From Balanoglossus misakiensis (taxonomy: Eukaryota > Animalia > Hemichordata): a stretch of DNA of 64,000 bases. The notes below the pieces were generated by a model. That model searched no databases. It was not told where the DNA came from and saw only the letters and a program-made list of their open reading frames with translations. The stretch's first letter is position 1. The number at the start of each line of letters is the position of its first letter. Shown piece after piece: positions 39,901-53,700 of the stretch. The translations under genes and the position numbers were made by a program. The stretch lies in contig CM082595.2 in assembly GCA_040954595.2 (NCBI GenBank), positions 8,724,317 to 8,788,316 of the forward strand. The letters run 5' to 3'.

Positions 39901-42900
39901 GCTCAAAATTTCGTCCATTTTTGAAAAAAAATCATGGGTGAAAATCATCAAAAAATGACAAAATTTTCAACTTTGCAAAATCTCATAATTTCGTCGATTT
40001 TTGAAAAAAAATCATGGGTGAAAATCATCAAAAAATGACAAAATTTTCGACTTTGTAAAATCACAAAATTTCGTCGATTTCGAAAAAAATCATAGGTTCG
40101 TCGATTTTTAAAAAAAAACATGGGTGAAAATCATCAAAAAATGACAAATTTTCGTCTTTGCAAAATCTCAAATTTTCGTCGATTTTTGAAAAAAAATCAT
40201 GGGTGAAAATCATCAAAAAATGAAAAATTTTCGACTTTGCAAAATCTCAAAATTTCGTCAATTTTTGAAAAAATCATGGGTGAAAATCATCAAAAAATGA
40301 CAAATTTTTGACTGCAAAATCTCAAAATTTCGTTGATTTTTGAAAAAAATAATGGTTGAAAATCATCAAAAAATGACAAATTTTCGACTTTGCAAAATCT
40401 CAAAATTTCGTCGATTTTGAAAAAAATCATGGGTTCGTCGATTTTTTAAAAACAACATTGGTGAATATCATCAAAAACTGACAAATTTTTGACTTTGCAA
40501 AATCTCACAATGTCGTCGATTTTTGAAAAAAATCATGGTTGAAAATCATCAAAAAATGACAAATTTTCGACTTTGCAAAATCTCAAAATTTCGTCAATTT
40601 TTGAAAAAATCATGGGTTCGTCGATTTTTTAAAAACAACATTGGTGAAAATCATCAAAAAATGACAAATTTTTGACTTCGCAAAATCTCACAATTTCGTC
40701 GATTTTTGAAAAAAATAATGGTTGAAAATCATCAAAAAATGACATATTTTCGACTTTGCAAAATCTCAAAATTTCGTCAATTTTTGAAAAAATCATGGGT
40801 GAAAATCATCAAAAAATGACACATTTTCGACTTTGCAAAATCTCAAAATTTCGTCAATTTTTGAAAAAATCATGGGTGAAAATCATCAAAAAATGACAAA
40901 AATTTTCGACTTTGCAAAATCTCAAAATTTCGTCGATTTTGAAAAAAATCATAGGTTCGTCGATTTTTTAAAAAAAAACATGGGTGAAAATCATCAAAAA
41001 ATGACAAATTTTTGACTTTGCAAAATCTCACAATTTCGTCGATTTTTGAAAAAAATCATGGGTGAAAATCATCAAAAAATGACAAATTTTCGACTTTGCA
41101 AAATCTCAAAATTTCGTCAATTTTTGAAAAAAATCATGGGTTCGTCGATTTTTTAAAAACAACATTGGTGAAAATCATCAAAAAAGACAAATTTTTGACT
41201 TTGCAAAATCTCACAATTTCGTCGATTTTTGAAAAAAATAATGGTTGAAAATCATCAAAAAATGACAAATTTTCGACTTTGCAAAATCTCAAAATTTCGT
41301 CAATTTTTGAAAAAATCATGGGTGAAAATCATCAAAAAATGACAAATTTTGAAAAAACGGGCGAAAATCATCAAAAAATGACACATTTTCGACTTTGCAA
41401 AATCTCAAAATTTCGTCAATTTTTGAAAAAATCATGGGTGAAAATCAGCAAAAAATGACAAATTTTGAAAAAAACGGGTGAAAATCATCAAAAACGACAA
41501 ATTTTCGTCTTTGCAAAATCTCAAATTTTCGTCGATTTTTGAAAAAAAATCATGGGCGAAAATCATCAAAAAATGAAAAATTTTCGACTTTGCAAAATCT
41601 CAAAATTTCGTCGATTTTGAAAAAAATCATGGGTTCGTCGATTTTTTAAAAACAACATTGGTGAAAATCATCAAAAAATGACAAATTTTCGACTTTGCAA
41701 AATCTCAAAATTTCGTCGATTTAAAAAAAAAAATCATGGATGAAAATCATCAAAAAATGAAAAATTTTCGACTTCGCAAAATCTCAAAATTTTGTCTTTT
41801 TTTGAAAAAAATCATAGGTGAAAATTATCAAAAAATGACAAATTTTCGACTTTGCAAAAGCTCAAAATTTCGTCCATTTTTGAAAAAAAATCATGGGTGA
41901 AAATCATCAAAAAATGACAAAATTTTCAACTTTGCAAAATCTCATAATTTCGTCGATTTTTGAAAAAAAATCATGGGTGAAAATCATCAAAAAATGACAA
42001 AATTTTCGACTTTGTAAAATCACAAAATTTCGTCGATTTCGAAAAAAATCATAGGTTCGTCGATTTTTAAAAAAAAAACATGGGTGAAAATCATCAAAAA
42101 ATGACAAATTTTCGACTTTGCAAAATCTCACAATTTCGTCGATTTTTGAAAAAAATCATGGGAGAAAATCATCAAAAAATGACAAATTTTCGACTTTGCA
42201 AAATCTCAACATTTCGTCGATTTTTGAAAAAAATAATGGATGAAAATCATCAAAAAATGACAAATTTTCGACTTTGCAAAATCTCAAAATTTCGTCAATT
42301 TTTGAAAAAATCATGGGTGAAAATCATCAAAAAATGACAAAATTTTCGACTTTGCAAAATCTCATAATTTCGTCGATTTTGAAAAAAATCATAGGTTCGT
42401 CGATTTTTAAAAAAAAAACCTGGGTGAAAATCATCAAAAAATGACAAATTTTTTACTTTGCAAAATCTCACAATTTCGTCAATTTTTGAAAAAAATCATG
42501 GGTGAAAATCATCAAAAAATGTCAAATTTTTCGACTTTGCAAAATCTCAAAATTTCGTCGATTTTGAAAAAAATCATAGGTTCGTCGATTTTTTAAAAAA
42601 AAACATGGGTGAATATCATCAAAAAATGACAAATTTTCGACTTTGCAAAATCTCACAATTTCGTCGATTTTTGAAAAAAATCATGGGTGAAAATCATCAA
42701 AAAATGACAAATTTTCGACTTTGCAAAATCTCAAAATTTCGTCAATTTTTGAAAAAATCATGGGTTCGTCGATTTTTTAAAAACAACATTGGTGAAAATC
42801 ATCAAAAAATGACAAATTTTTGACTTTGCAAAATCTCACAATTTCGTCGATTTTTGAAAAAAATAATGGTTGAAAATCATCAAAAAATGACAAATTTTCG

Positions 42901-43795
42901 ACTTTGCAAAATCTCAAAATTTCATCAATTTTTGAAAAAATCATGGGTGAAAATCATCAAAAAATGACAAATTTTGAAAAAAACGGGTGAAAATCATCAA
43001 AAAATGACACATTTTCGACTTTGCAAAATCTCAAAATTTCGTCAATTTTTGAAAAAATCATGGGTGAAAATCATCAAAAAATGACAAAATTTTCGACTTT
43101 GCAAAATCTCATAATTTCGTCGATTTTGAAAAAAATCATAGGTTCGTCGATTTTTAAAAAAAAAACCTGGGTGAAAATCATCAAAAAATGACAAATTTTT
43201 TACTTTGCAAAATCTCACAATTTCGTCAATTTTTGAAAAAAATCATGGGTGAAAATCATCAAAAAATGTCAAATTTTTCGACTTTGCAAAATCTCAAAAT
43301 TTCGTCGATTTTGAAAAAAATCATAGGTTCGTCGATTTTTTAAAAAAAAACATGGGTGAATATCATCAAAAAATGACAAATTTTCGACTTTGCAAAATCT
43401 CAAAATTTCGTCAATTTTTGAAAAAATCATGGGTGAAAATCATCAAAAAATGACAAAATTTTCGACTTTGCAAAATCTCAAAATTTCGTCGATTTTGAAA
43501 AAAATCACAGGTTCGTCGATTTTTTAAAAACAACATTGGTGAAAATCATCAAAAAAGACAAATTTTTTACTTTGCAAAATCTCACAATTTCGTCGATTTT
43601 TGAAAAAAATAATGGTTGAAAATCATCAAAAAATGACAAATTTTCGACATTGCAAAATCTCAAAATTTCGTCAATTTTTGAAAAAATCATGGGTGAAAAT
43701 CATCAAAAAATGACAAATTTTGAAAAAAACGGGCGAAAATCATCAAAAAATGACGCATTTTCGACTTTGCAAAATCTCAAAATTTCGTCAATTTT
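35959..43795 (+). repeat. Copy 1 of ~7.84-kb direct duplication (copy 2 at 50778-58614)
   Basis: A constant 14,819-bp offset links ORFs (36484/51303, 37507/52326, 38991/53810, 43650/58469) and rare variants (TTATGGATTCG 36941/51760, CAATGTCG 40512/55331, ATCAGCAA 41448/56267). Confidence 0.92.
38290..42100 (+). repeat. Tandem duplication, ~1,842-bp unit x2 (second copy has one extra 117-bp module); repeated again at ~53110-56920
   Basis: ORF offsets 38991/40833, 39292/41134 and 53810/55652 are all 1842. Shared markers include GACATATTTT and GAATATCATCAAAAACTGAC. Confidence 0.85.
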
Positions 43796-46700
43796 GAAAA
43801 AAATCAGGGGTGAAAATCATCAAAAAATGACAAATTTTCGACTTTGCAAAATCTCAAAATTTCGTCGATTTTTTAAAAACAACATTGGTGAAAATCATCA
43901 AAAAATGACAAATTTTCGACTTTGCAAAATCTCAACATTTCGTCGAATTTTGAAAAAAATCATGGGTGAAAATCATCAAAAAATGACAAATTTTCGACTT
44001 TGAAAAATCTCAAAATTTCGTCCATTTTTGAAAAAAAAATCATGGGTGAAAATCATCAAAAAATGACAAATTTTCGACTTTGCAAAATCTCAAAATTTTG
44101 TCGACTTTTGAAAAAAATCATAGGTGAAAATCATCAAAAAATGACAAATTTTCGACTTTGCAAAATCTCAAAATTTCGTCAATTTTGAAAAAAATCATGG
44201 GTGAAAATCATCAAAAAATGACAAATTTTCGACTTTGCAAAATCTCAAAATTTCGTCAATTTTTGAAAAAAATCATGGGTGAAAATCATCAAAAAATGAA
44301 AAATTTTCGACTTCGCAAAATCTCAAAATTTTGTCTTTTTTTGAAAAAAATCATAGGTGAAAATTATCAAAAAATGACAAATTTTCGACTTTGCAAAATC
44401 TCAAAATTTCGTCGATTTTTGAAAAAAAATAATGGTTGAAAATCATCAAAAAATGACAAATTTTCGACTTTGCAAAATCTCAAAATTTCGTCGATTTTGA
44501 AAAAAAATCATGGGTTCGTCGATTTTTTAAAAACATTGGTGAAAATCATCAAAAAATGACAAATTTTCGACTTTGCAAAATCTCAAAATTTCGTCGATTT
44601 TTGAAAAAAATCATGGGTGAAAATCATCAAAAAATGACAAATTTTCGACTTTGCAAAATCTCAACATTTCGTCGATTTTTGAAAAAAATCATAGGTGAAA
44701 ATCATCAAAAAATGACAAATTTTCGACTTTGCAAAAGCTCAAAATTTCGTCCATTTTTGAAAAAAAATCATGGGTGAAAATCATCAAAAAATGACAAATT
44801 TTCGACTTTGCAAAATCTCAAAATTTCATCAATTTTTGAAAAAATCATGGTTGAAAATCATCAAAAAATGACAAATTTTCGACTTTGCAAAATCTCAAAA
44901 TTTCGTCGATTTTGAAAAAAATCATGGGTTCGTCGATTTTTTAAAAACAACATTGGTGAAAATCATCAAAAAATGACAAATTTTCGACTTTGCAAAATCT
45001 CAAAATTTCGTCGATTTTGAAAAAAATCATGGGTTCGTCGATTTTTTAAAAACAACATTGGTGAAAATCATCAAAAAATGACAAATTTTCGACTTTGCAA
45101 AATCTCAAAATTTCGTCGATTTTTGAAAAAAATCATGGGTGAAAATCATCAAAAAATGACAAATTTTCGACTTTGCAAAATCTCAACATTTCGTCGATTT
45201 TTGAAAAAAATCATAGGTGAAAATCATCAAAAAATGAAAAATTTTCGACTTTGCAAAAGCTCAAAATTTCGTCCATTTTTGAAAAAAAATCATGGGTGAA
45301 AATCATCAAAAAATGACAAATTTTCGACTTTGCAAAATGTCAAAATTTCATCAATTTTTGAAAAAATCATGGGTGAAAATCATCAAAAAATGACAAAATT
45401 TTCGAGTTTGCAAAATCACACAATTTCGTCGATTTTTGAAAAAAAATCATGGTTGAAAATCATCAAAAAATGACAACATTTTCGAGTTTGCAAAATCACA
45501 CAATTTCGTCGATTTTGAAAAAAATCATAGGTTCGTCGATTTTTTTAAAAAAAACATGGGTGAAAATCATCAAAAAATGACAGATTTTCGACTTTGCAAA
45601 ATCTCAAAATTTCGTCGATTTTTGAAAAAAATCATGGGTGAAAATCATCAAAAAATGACAAATTTTCGACTTTGCAAAATCTCAAAATTTCGTCAATTTT
45701 TGAAAAAATCATGGGTGAAAATCATCAAAAAATGACAAAATTTTCGACTTTGCAAAATCTCAAAATTTCGTCGATTTTGAAAAAAATCATGGGTTCGTCG
45801 ATTTTTTAAAAACAACATTGGTGAAAATCATCAAAAAATGACAAATTTTCGACTTTGCAAAATCTCAACATCTCGTCGATTTTTGAAAAAAATCATAGGT
45901 GAAAATCATCAAAAAATGACAAATTTTCGACTTTGAAAAATCTCAAAATTTCGTCCATTTTTGAAAAAAAATCATGGGTGAAAATCATCAAAAGATGACA
46001 AATTTTCGACTTTGCAAAATCTCAAAATTTTGTCGACTTTTGAAAAAAATCATAGGTGAAAATCATCAAAAAATGACAAATTTTCGACTTTGCAAAATCT
46101 CAAAATTTCGTCAATTTTGAAAAAAATCATGGGTGAAAATCATCAAAAAATGACAAATTTTCGACTTTGCAAAATCTCAAAATTTCGTCGATTTTTTAAA
46201 AACAACATTGGTGAAAATCATCAAAAAATGACAAATTTTCGACTTTGCAAAATCTCAACATTTCGTCGAATTTTGAAAAAAATCATAGGTGAAAATCATC
46301 AAAAAATGACAAATTTTCGACTTTGAAAAATCTCAAAATTTCGTCCATTTTTGAAAAAAAAATCATGGGTGAAAATCATCAAAAAATGACAAATTTTCGA
46401 CTTTGCAAAATCTCAAAATTTTGTCGACTTTTGAAAAAAATCATAGGTGAAAATCATCAAAAAATGACAAATTTTCGACTTTGCAAAATCTCAAAATTTC
46501 GTCAATTTTGAAAAAAATCATGGGTGAAAATCATCAAAAAATGACAAATTTTCGACTTTGCAAAATCTCAAAATTTCGTCAATTTTTGAAAAAAATCATG
46601 GGTGAAAATCATCAAAAAATGAAAAATTTTCGACTTCGCAAAATCTCAAAATTTTGTCTTTTTTTGAAAAAAATCATAGGTGAAAATTATCAAAAAATGA

Positions 46701-47450
46701 CAAATTTTCGACTTTGCAAAATCTCAAAATTTCGTCGATTTTTGAAAAAAAATAATGGTTGAAAATCATCAAAAAATGACAAATTTTCGACTTTGCAAAA
46801 TCTCAAAATTTCGTCGATTTTGAAAAAAAATCATGGGTTCGTCGATTTTTTAAAAACATTGGTGAAAATCATCAAAAAATGACAAATTTTCGACTTTGCA
46901 AAATCTCAAAATTTCGTCGATTTTTGAAAAAAATCATGGGTGAAAATCATCAAAAAATGACAAATTTTCGACTTTGCAAAATCTCAACATTTCGTCGATT
47001 TTTGAAAAAAATCATAGGTGAAAATCATCAAAAAATGACAAATTTTCGACTTTGCAAAAGCTCAAAATTTCGTCCATTTTTGAAAAAAAATCATGGGTGA
47101 AAATCATCAAAAAATGACAAATTTTCGACTTTGCAAAATCTCAAAATTTCATCAATTTTTGAAAAAATCATGGGTGAAAATCATCAAAAAATGACAAAAT
47201 TTTCAACTTTGCAAAATCTCAAAATTTCGTCGATTTTTGAAAAAAAATCATGGTTGAAAATCATCAAAAAATGACAACATTTTCGAGTTTGCAAAATCAC
47301 ACAATTTCGTCGATTTTGAAAAAAATCATAGGTTCGTCGATTTTTTTAAAAAAAACATGGGTGAAAATCATCAAAAAATGACAGATTTTCGACTTTGCAA
47401 AATCTCAAAATTTCGTCGATTTTTGAAAAAAATCATGGGTGAAAATCATC
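43790..47450 (+). repeat. Island of sub-family A monomers inside B-type array
   Basis: 40-bp units disappear and A markers (CGAGTTTGC, GACAGATTTT, GACAACATTTT) return. ORF 45078..45299 translates identically to ORF 746..967. Confidence 0.8.
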
Positions 47451-50109
47451 AAAAAATGACAAATTTTCGACTTTGCAAAATCTCACAATTTCGTCGATTT
47501 TGAAAAAAATCATGGGTGAAAATCATCAAAAAATGACAAATTTTCGACTTTGCAAAATCTCAAAATTTCGTCAATTTTTGAAAAAATCATGGGTTCGTCG
47601 ATTTTTTAAAAACAACATTGGTGAAAATCATCAAAAAATGACAAATTTTTGACTTTGCAAAATCTCACAATTTCGTCGATTTTTGAAAAAAATAATGGTT
47701 GAAAATCATCAAAAAATGACAAATTTTCGACTTTGCAAAATCTCAAAATTTCGTCAATTTTTGAAAAAATCATGGGTGAAAATCATCAAAAAATGACAAA
47801 TTTTGAAAAAAACGGGTGAAAATCATCAAAAAATGACACATTTTCGACTTTGCAAAATCTCAAAATTTCGTCAATTTTTGAAAAAATCATGGGTGAAAAT
47901 CATCAAAAAATGACAAAATTTTCGACTTTGCAAAATCTCAAAATTTCGTCGATTTTGAAAAAAATCACAGGTTCGTCGATTTTTTAAAAACAACATTGGT
48001 GAAAATCATCAAAAAAGACAAATTTTTTACTTTGCAAAATCTCACAATTTCGTCGATTTTTGAAAAAAATAATGGTTGAAAATCATCAAAAAATGACAAA
48101 TTTTCGACTTTGCAAAATCTCAAAATTTCGTCAATTTTTGAAAAAATCATGGGTGAAAATCATCAAAAAATGACAAATTTTGAAAAAAACGGGTGAAAAT
48201 CATCAAAAACGACAAATTTTCGTCTTTGCAAAATCTCAAATTTTCGTCGATTTTTGAAAAAAAATCATGGGTGAAAATCATCAAAAAATGAAAAATTTTC
48301 GACTTTGCAAAATCTCAAAATTTCGTCGATTTTTGAAAAAAAATAATGGTTGAAAATCATCAAAAAATGACAAATTTTCGACTTTGCAAAATCTCAAAAT
48401 TTCGTCAATTTTTGAAAAAATCATGGGTGAAAATCATCAAAAAATGACAAATTTTGAAAAAAACGGGCGAAAATCATCAAAAAATGACACATTTTCGACT
48501 TTGCAAAATCTCAAAATTTCGTCGATTTTTGAAAAAAAATAATGGTTGAAAATCATCAAAAAATGACAAATTTTCGACTTTGCAAAATCTCACAATTTCG
48601 TCGATTTTGAAAAAAATCATGGGTGAAAATCATCAAAAAATGACAAATTTTCGACTTTGCAAAATCTCAAAATTTCGTCAATTTTTGAAAAAATCATGGG
48701 TTCGTCGATTTTTTAAAAACAACATTGGTGAAAATCATCAAAAAATGACAAATTTTTGACTTTGCAAAATCTCACAATTTCGTCGATTTTTGAAAAAAAT
48801 AATGGTTGAAAATCATCAAAAAATGACAAATTTTCGACTTTGCAAAATCTCAAAATTTCGTCAATTTTTGAAAAAATCATGGGTGAAAATCATCAAAAAA
48901 TGACAAATTTTGAAAAAAACGGGTGAAAATCATCAAAAAATGACACATTTTCGACTTTGCAAAATCTCAAAATTTCGTCAATTTTTGAAAAAATCATGGG
49001 TGAAAATCATCAAAAAATGACAAAATTTTCGACTTTGCAAAATCTCAAAATTTCGTCGATTTTGAAAAAAATCACAGGTTCGTCGATTTTTTAAAAACAA
49101 CATTGGTGAAAATCATCAAAAAAGACAAATTTTTTACTTTGCAAAATCTCACAATTTCGTCGATTTTTGAAAAAAATAATGGTTGAAAATCATCAAAAAA
49201 TGACAAATTTTCGACTTTGCAAAATCTCAAAATTTCGTCAATTTTTGAAAAAATCATGGGTGAAAATCATCAAAAAATGACAAATTTTGAAAAAAACGGG
49301 CGAAAATCATCAAAAAATGACACATTTTCGACTTTGCAAAATCTCAAAATTTCGTCGATTTTTGAAAAAAAATAATGGTTGAAAATCATCAAAAAATGAC
49401 AAATTTTCGACTTTGCAAAATCTCACAATTTCGTCGATTTTGAAAAAAATCATGGGTGAAAATCATCAAAAAATGACAAATTTTCGACTTTGCAAAATCT
49501 CAAAATTTCGTCAATTTTTGAAAAAATCATGGGTTCGTCGATTTTTTAAAAACAACATTGGTGAAAATCATCAAAAAATGACAAATTTTTGACTTTGCAA
49601 AATCTCACAATTTCGTCGATTTTTGAAAAAAATAATGGTTGAAAATCATCAAAAAATGACAAATTTTCGACTTTGCAAAATCTCAAAATTTCGTCAATTT
49701 TTGAAAAAATCATGGGTGAAAATCATCAAAAAATGACAAATTTTGAAAAAAACGGGTGAAAATCATCAAAAAATGACACATTTTCGACTTTGCAAAATCT
49801 CAAAATTTCGTCAATTTTTGAAAAAATCATGGGTGAAAATCATCAAAAATGACAAAATTTTCGACTTTGCAAAATCTCAAAATTTCGTCGATTTTGAAAA
49901 AAATCACAGGTTCGTCGATTTTTTAAAAACAACATTGGTGAAAATCATCAAAAAAGACAAATTTTTTACTTTGCAAAATCTCACAATTTCGTCGATTTTT
50001 GAAAAAAATAATGGTTGAAAATCATCAAAAAATGACAAATTTTCGACTTTGCAAAATCTCAAAATTTCGTCAATTTTTGAAAAAATCATGGGTGAAAATC
50101 ATCAAAAAA

Positions 50110-50777
50110 TGACAAATTTTCAACTTTGCAAAATCTCAAAATTTCGTCGATTTTTGAAAAAAAATCATGGTTGAAAATCATCAAAAAATGACAACATTTT
50201 CGAGTTTGCAAAATCACACAATTTCGTCGATTTTGAAAAAAATCATAGGTTCGTCGATTTTTTTAAAAAAAACATGGGTGAAAATCATCAAAAAATGACA
50301 GATTTTCGACTTTGCAAAATCTCAACATTTCGTCGATTTTTGAAAAAAATCATAGGTGAAAATCATCAAAAAATGACAAATTTTCGACTTTGCAAAAGCT
50401 CAAAATTTCGTCCATTTTTGAAAAAAAATCATGGGTGAAAATCATCAAAAAATGACAAATTTTCGACTTTGCAAAATCTCAAAATTTCATCAATTTTTGA
50501 AAAAATCATGGGTGAAAATCATCAAAAAATGACAAAATTTTCAACTTTGCAAAATCTCAAAATTTCGTCGATTTTTGAAAAAAAATCATGGTTGAAAATC
50601 ATCAAAAAATGACAACATTTTCGAGTTTGCAAAATCACACAATTTCGTCGATTTTGAAAAAAATCATAGGTTCGTCGATTTTTTTAAAAAAAACATGGGT
50701 GAAAATCATCAAAAAATGACAGATTTTCGACTTTGCAAAATCTCAAAATTTCGTCGATTTTTGAAAAAAATCATGGG
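50110..50777 (+). repeat. Second, short A-type island
   Basis: GACAACATTTTCGAGTTTGC and GACAGATTTT occur at ~50190, 50300, 50610 and 50720. About 50.32-50.78 kb copies ~46.98-47.44 kb at an offset of 3338. Confidence 0.72.
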
Positions 50778-53700
50778 TGAAAATCATCAAAAAATGACAA
50801 ATTTTCGACTTTGCAAAATCTCACAATTTCGTCGATTTTGAAAAAAATCATGGGTGAAAATCATCAAAAAATGACAAATTTTCGACTTTGCAAAATCTCA
50901 AAATTTCGTCAATTTTTGAAAAAATCATGGGTTCGTCGATTTTTTAAAAACAACATTGGTGAAAATCATCAAAAAATGACAAATTTTTGACTTTGCAAAA
51001 TCTCACAATTTCGTCGATTTTTGAAAAAAATAATGGTTGAAAATCATCAAAAAATGACAAATTTTCGACTTTGCAAAATCTCAAAATTTCGTCAATTTTT
51101 GAAAAAATCATGGGTGAAAATCATCAAAAAATGACAAATTTTGAAAAAAACGGGTGAAAATCATCAAAAAATGACACATTTTCGACTTTGCAAAATCTCA
51201 AAATTTCGTCAATTTTTGAAAAAATCATGGGTGAAAATCATCAAAAAATGACAAAATTTTCGACTTTGCAAAATCTCAAAATTTCGTCGATTTTGAAAAA
51301 AATCACAGGTTCGTCGATTTTTTAAAAACAACATTGGTGAAAATCATCAAAAAAGACAAATTTTTTACTTTGCAAAATCTCACAATTTCGTCGATTTTTG
51401 AAAAAAATAATGGTTGAAAATCATCAAAAAATGACAAATTTTCGACTTTGCAAAATCTCAAAATTTCGTCAATTTTTGAAAAAATCATGGGTGAAAATCA
51501 TCAAAAAATGACAAATTTTGAAAAAAACGGGTGAAAATCATCAAAAACGACAAATTTTCGTCTTTGCAAAATCTCAAATTTTCGTCGATTTTTGAAAAAA
51601 AATCATGGGTGAAAATCATCAAAAAATGAAAAATTTTCGACTTTGCAAAATCTCAAAATTTCGTCGATTTTTGAAAAAAAATAATGGTTGAAAATCATCA
51701 AAAAATGACAAATTTTCGACTTTGCAAAATCTCAAAATTTCGTCGATTTTGAAAAAAATTATGGATTCGTCGATTTTTTAAAAACAACATTGGTGAAAAT
51801 CATCAAAAAATGACAAATTTTCGACTTTGCAAAATCTCAAAATTTCGTCGATTTAAAAAAAAAAATCATGGATGAAAATCATCAAAAAATGAAAAATTTT
51901 CGACTTCGCAAAATCTCAAAATTTTGTCTTTTTTTGAAAAAAATCATAGGTGAAAATTATCAAAAAATGACAAATTTTCGACTTTGCAAAAGCTCAAAAT
52001 TTCGTCCATTTTTGAAAAAAAATCATGGGTGAAAATCATCAAAAAATGACAAAATTTTCAACTTTGCAAAATCTCATAATTTCGTCGATTTTTGAAAAAA
52101 AATCATGGGTGAAAATCATCAAAAAATGACAAAATTTTCGACTTTGTAAAATCACACAATTTCGTCGATTTTGAAAAAAATCATAGGTTCGTCGATTTTT
52201 AAAAAACAACATTGGTGAAAATCATCAAAAAAGACAAATTTTTTACTTTGCAAAATCTCACAATTTCGTCGATTTTTGAAAAAAATAATGGTTGAAAATC
52301 ATCAAAAAATGACAAATTTTCGACTTTGCAAAATCTCAAAATTTCGTCAATTTTTGAAAAAATCATGGGTGAAAATCATCAAAAAATGACAAATTTTGAA
52401 AAAAACGGGCGAAAATCATCAAAAAATGACACATTTTCGACTTTGCAAAATCTCAAAATTTCGTCAATTTTTGAAAAAATCATGGGTGAAAATCATCAAA
52501 AAATGACAAATTTTGAAAAAAACGGGTGAAAATCATCAAAAACGACAAATTTTCGTCTTTGCAAAATCTCAAATTTTCGTCGATTTTTGAAAAAAAATAA
52601 TGGTTGAAAATCATCAAAAAATGACAAATTTTCGACTTTGCAAAATCTCAAAATTTCGTCGATTTTGAAAAAAATCATGGGTTCGTCGATTTTTTAAAAA
52701 CAACATTGGTGAAAATCATCAAAAAATGAAAAATTTTCGACTTCGCAAAATCTCAAAATTTTGTCTTTTTTTGAAAAAAATCATAGGTGAAAATTATCAA
52801 AAAATGACAAATTTTCGACTTTGCAAAAGCTCAAAATTTCGTCCATTTTTGAAAAAAAATCATGGGTGAAAATCATCAAAAAATGACAAAATTTTCAACT
52901 TTGCAAAATCTCATAATTTCGTCGATTTTTGAAAAAAAATCATGGGTGAAAATCATCAAAAAATGACAAAATTTTCGACTTTGTAAAATCACAAAATTTC
53001 GTCTATTTTGAAAAAAATCATGGATGAAAATCATCAAAAAATGACAAATTTTCGACTTTGCAAAATCTCAAAATTTTGTCGATTTTTGAAAAAAATCATA
53101 GGTGAAAATCATCAAAAATGACAAATTTTCGTCTTTGCAAAATCTCAAATTTTCGTCGATTTTTGAAAAAAAATCATGGGTGAAAATCATCAAAAAATGA
53201 AAAATTTTCGACTTTGCAAAATCTCAAAATTTCGTCAATTTTTGAAAAAATCATGGGTGAAAATCATCAAAAAATGACAAATTTTTGACTGCAAAATCTC
53301 AAAATTTCGTTGATTTTTGAAAAAAATAATGGTTGAAAATCATCAAAAAATGACAAATTTTCGACTTTGCAAAATCTCAAAATTTCGTCGATTTTGAAAA
53401 AAATCATGGGTTCGTCGATTTTTTAAAAACAACATTGGTGAATATCATCAAAAACTGACAAATTTTTGACTTTGCAAAATCTCACAATTTCGTCGATTTT
53501 TGAAAAAAATCATGGTTGAAAATCATCAAAAAATGACAAATTTTCGACTTTGCAAAATCTCAAAATTTCGTCAATTTTTGAAAAAATCATGGGTTCGTCG
53601 ATTTTTTAAAAACAACATTGGTGAAAATCATCAAAAAATGACAAATTTTTGACTTCGCAAAATCTCACAATTTCGTCGATTTTTGAAAAAAATAATGGTT

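Larger units (their letters stand above)
10001..43790 (+). repeat. Satellite sub-domain B (40-bp units present)
   Basis: Carries markers TTTTGAAAAAAACGGG, AAAAACGACAAATTTTCGTCTTTGC, GACACATTTT, TCACAGGTTCG, AAAAAAGACAAATTTTTTAC and CTCACAATTT. Confidence 0.75.

Noticed and set aside
12572-51488. Same 3,338-bp offset seen at 12572/15910 and at 47965/51303
   Set aside because: The intervening monomer content differs (B-type versus mixed A/B), so this is probably a coincidence of summing similar module lengths rather than a fixed higher-order period.
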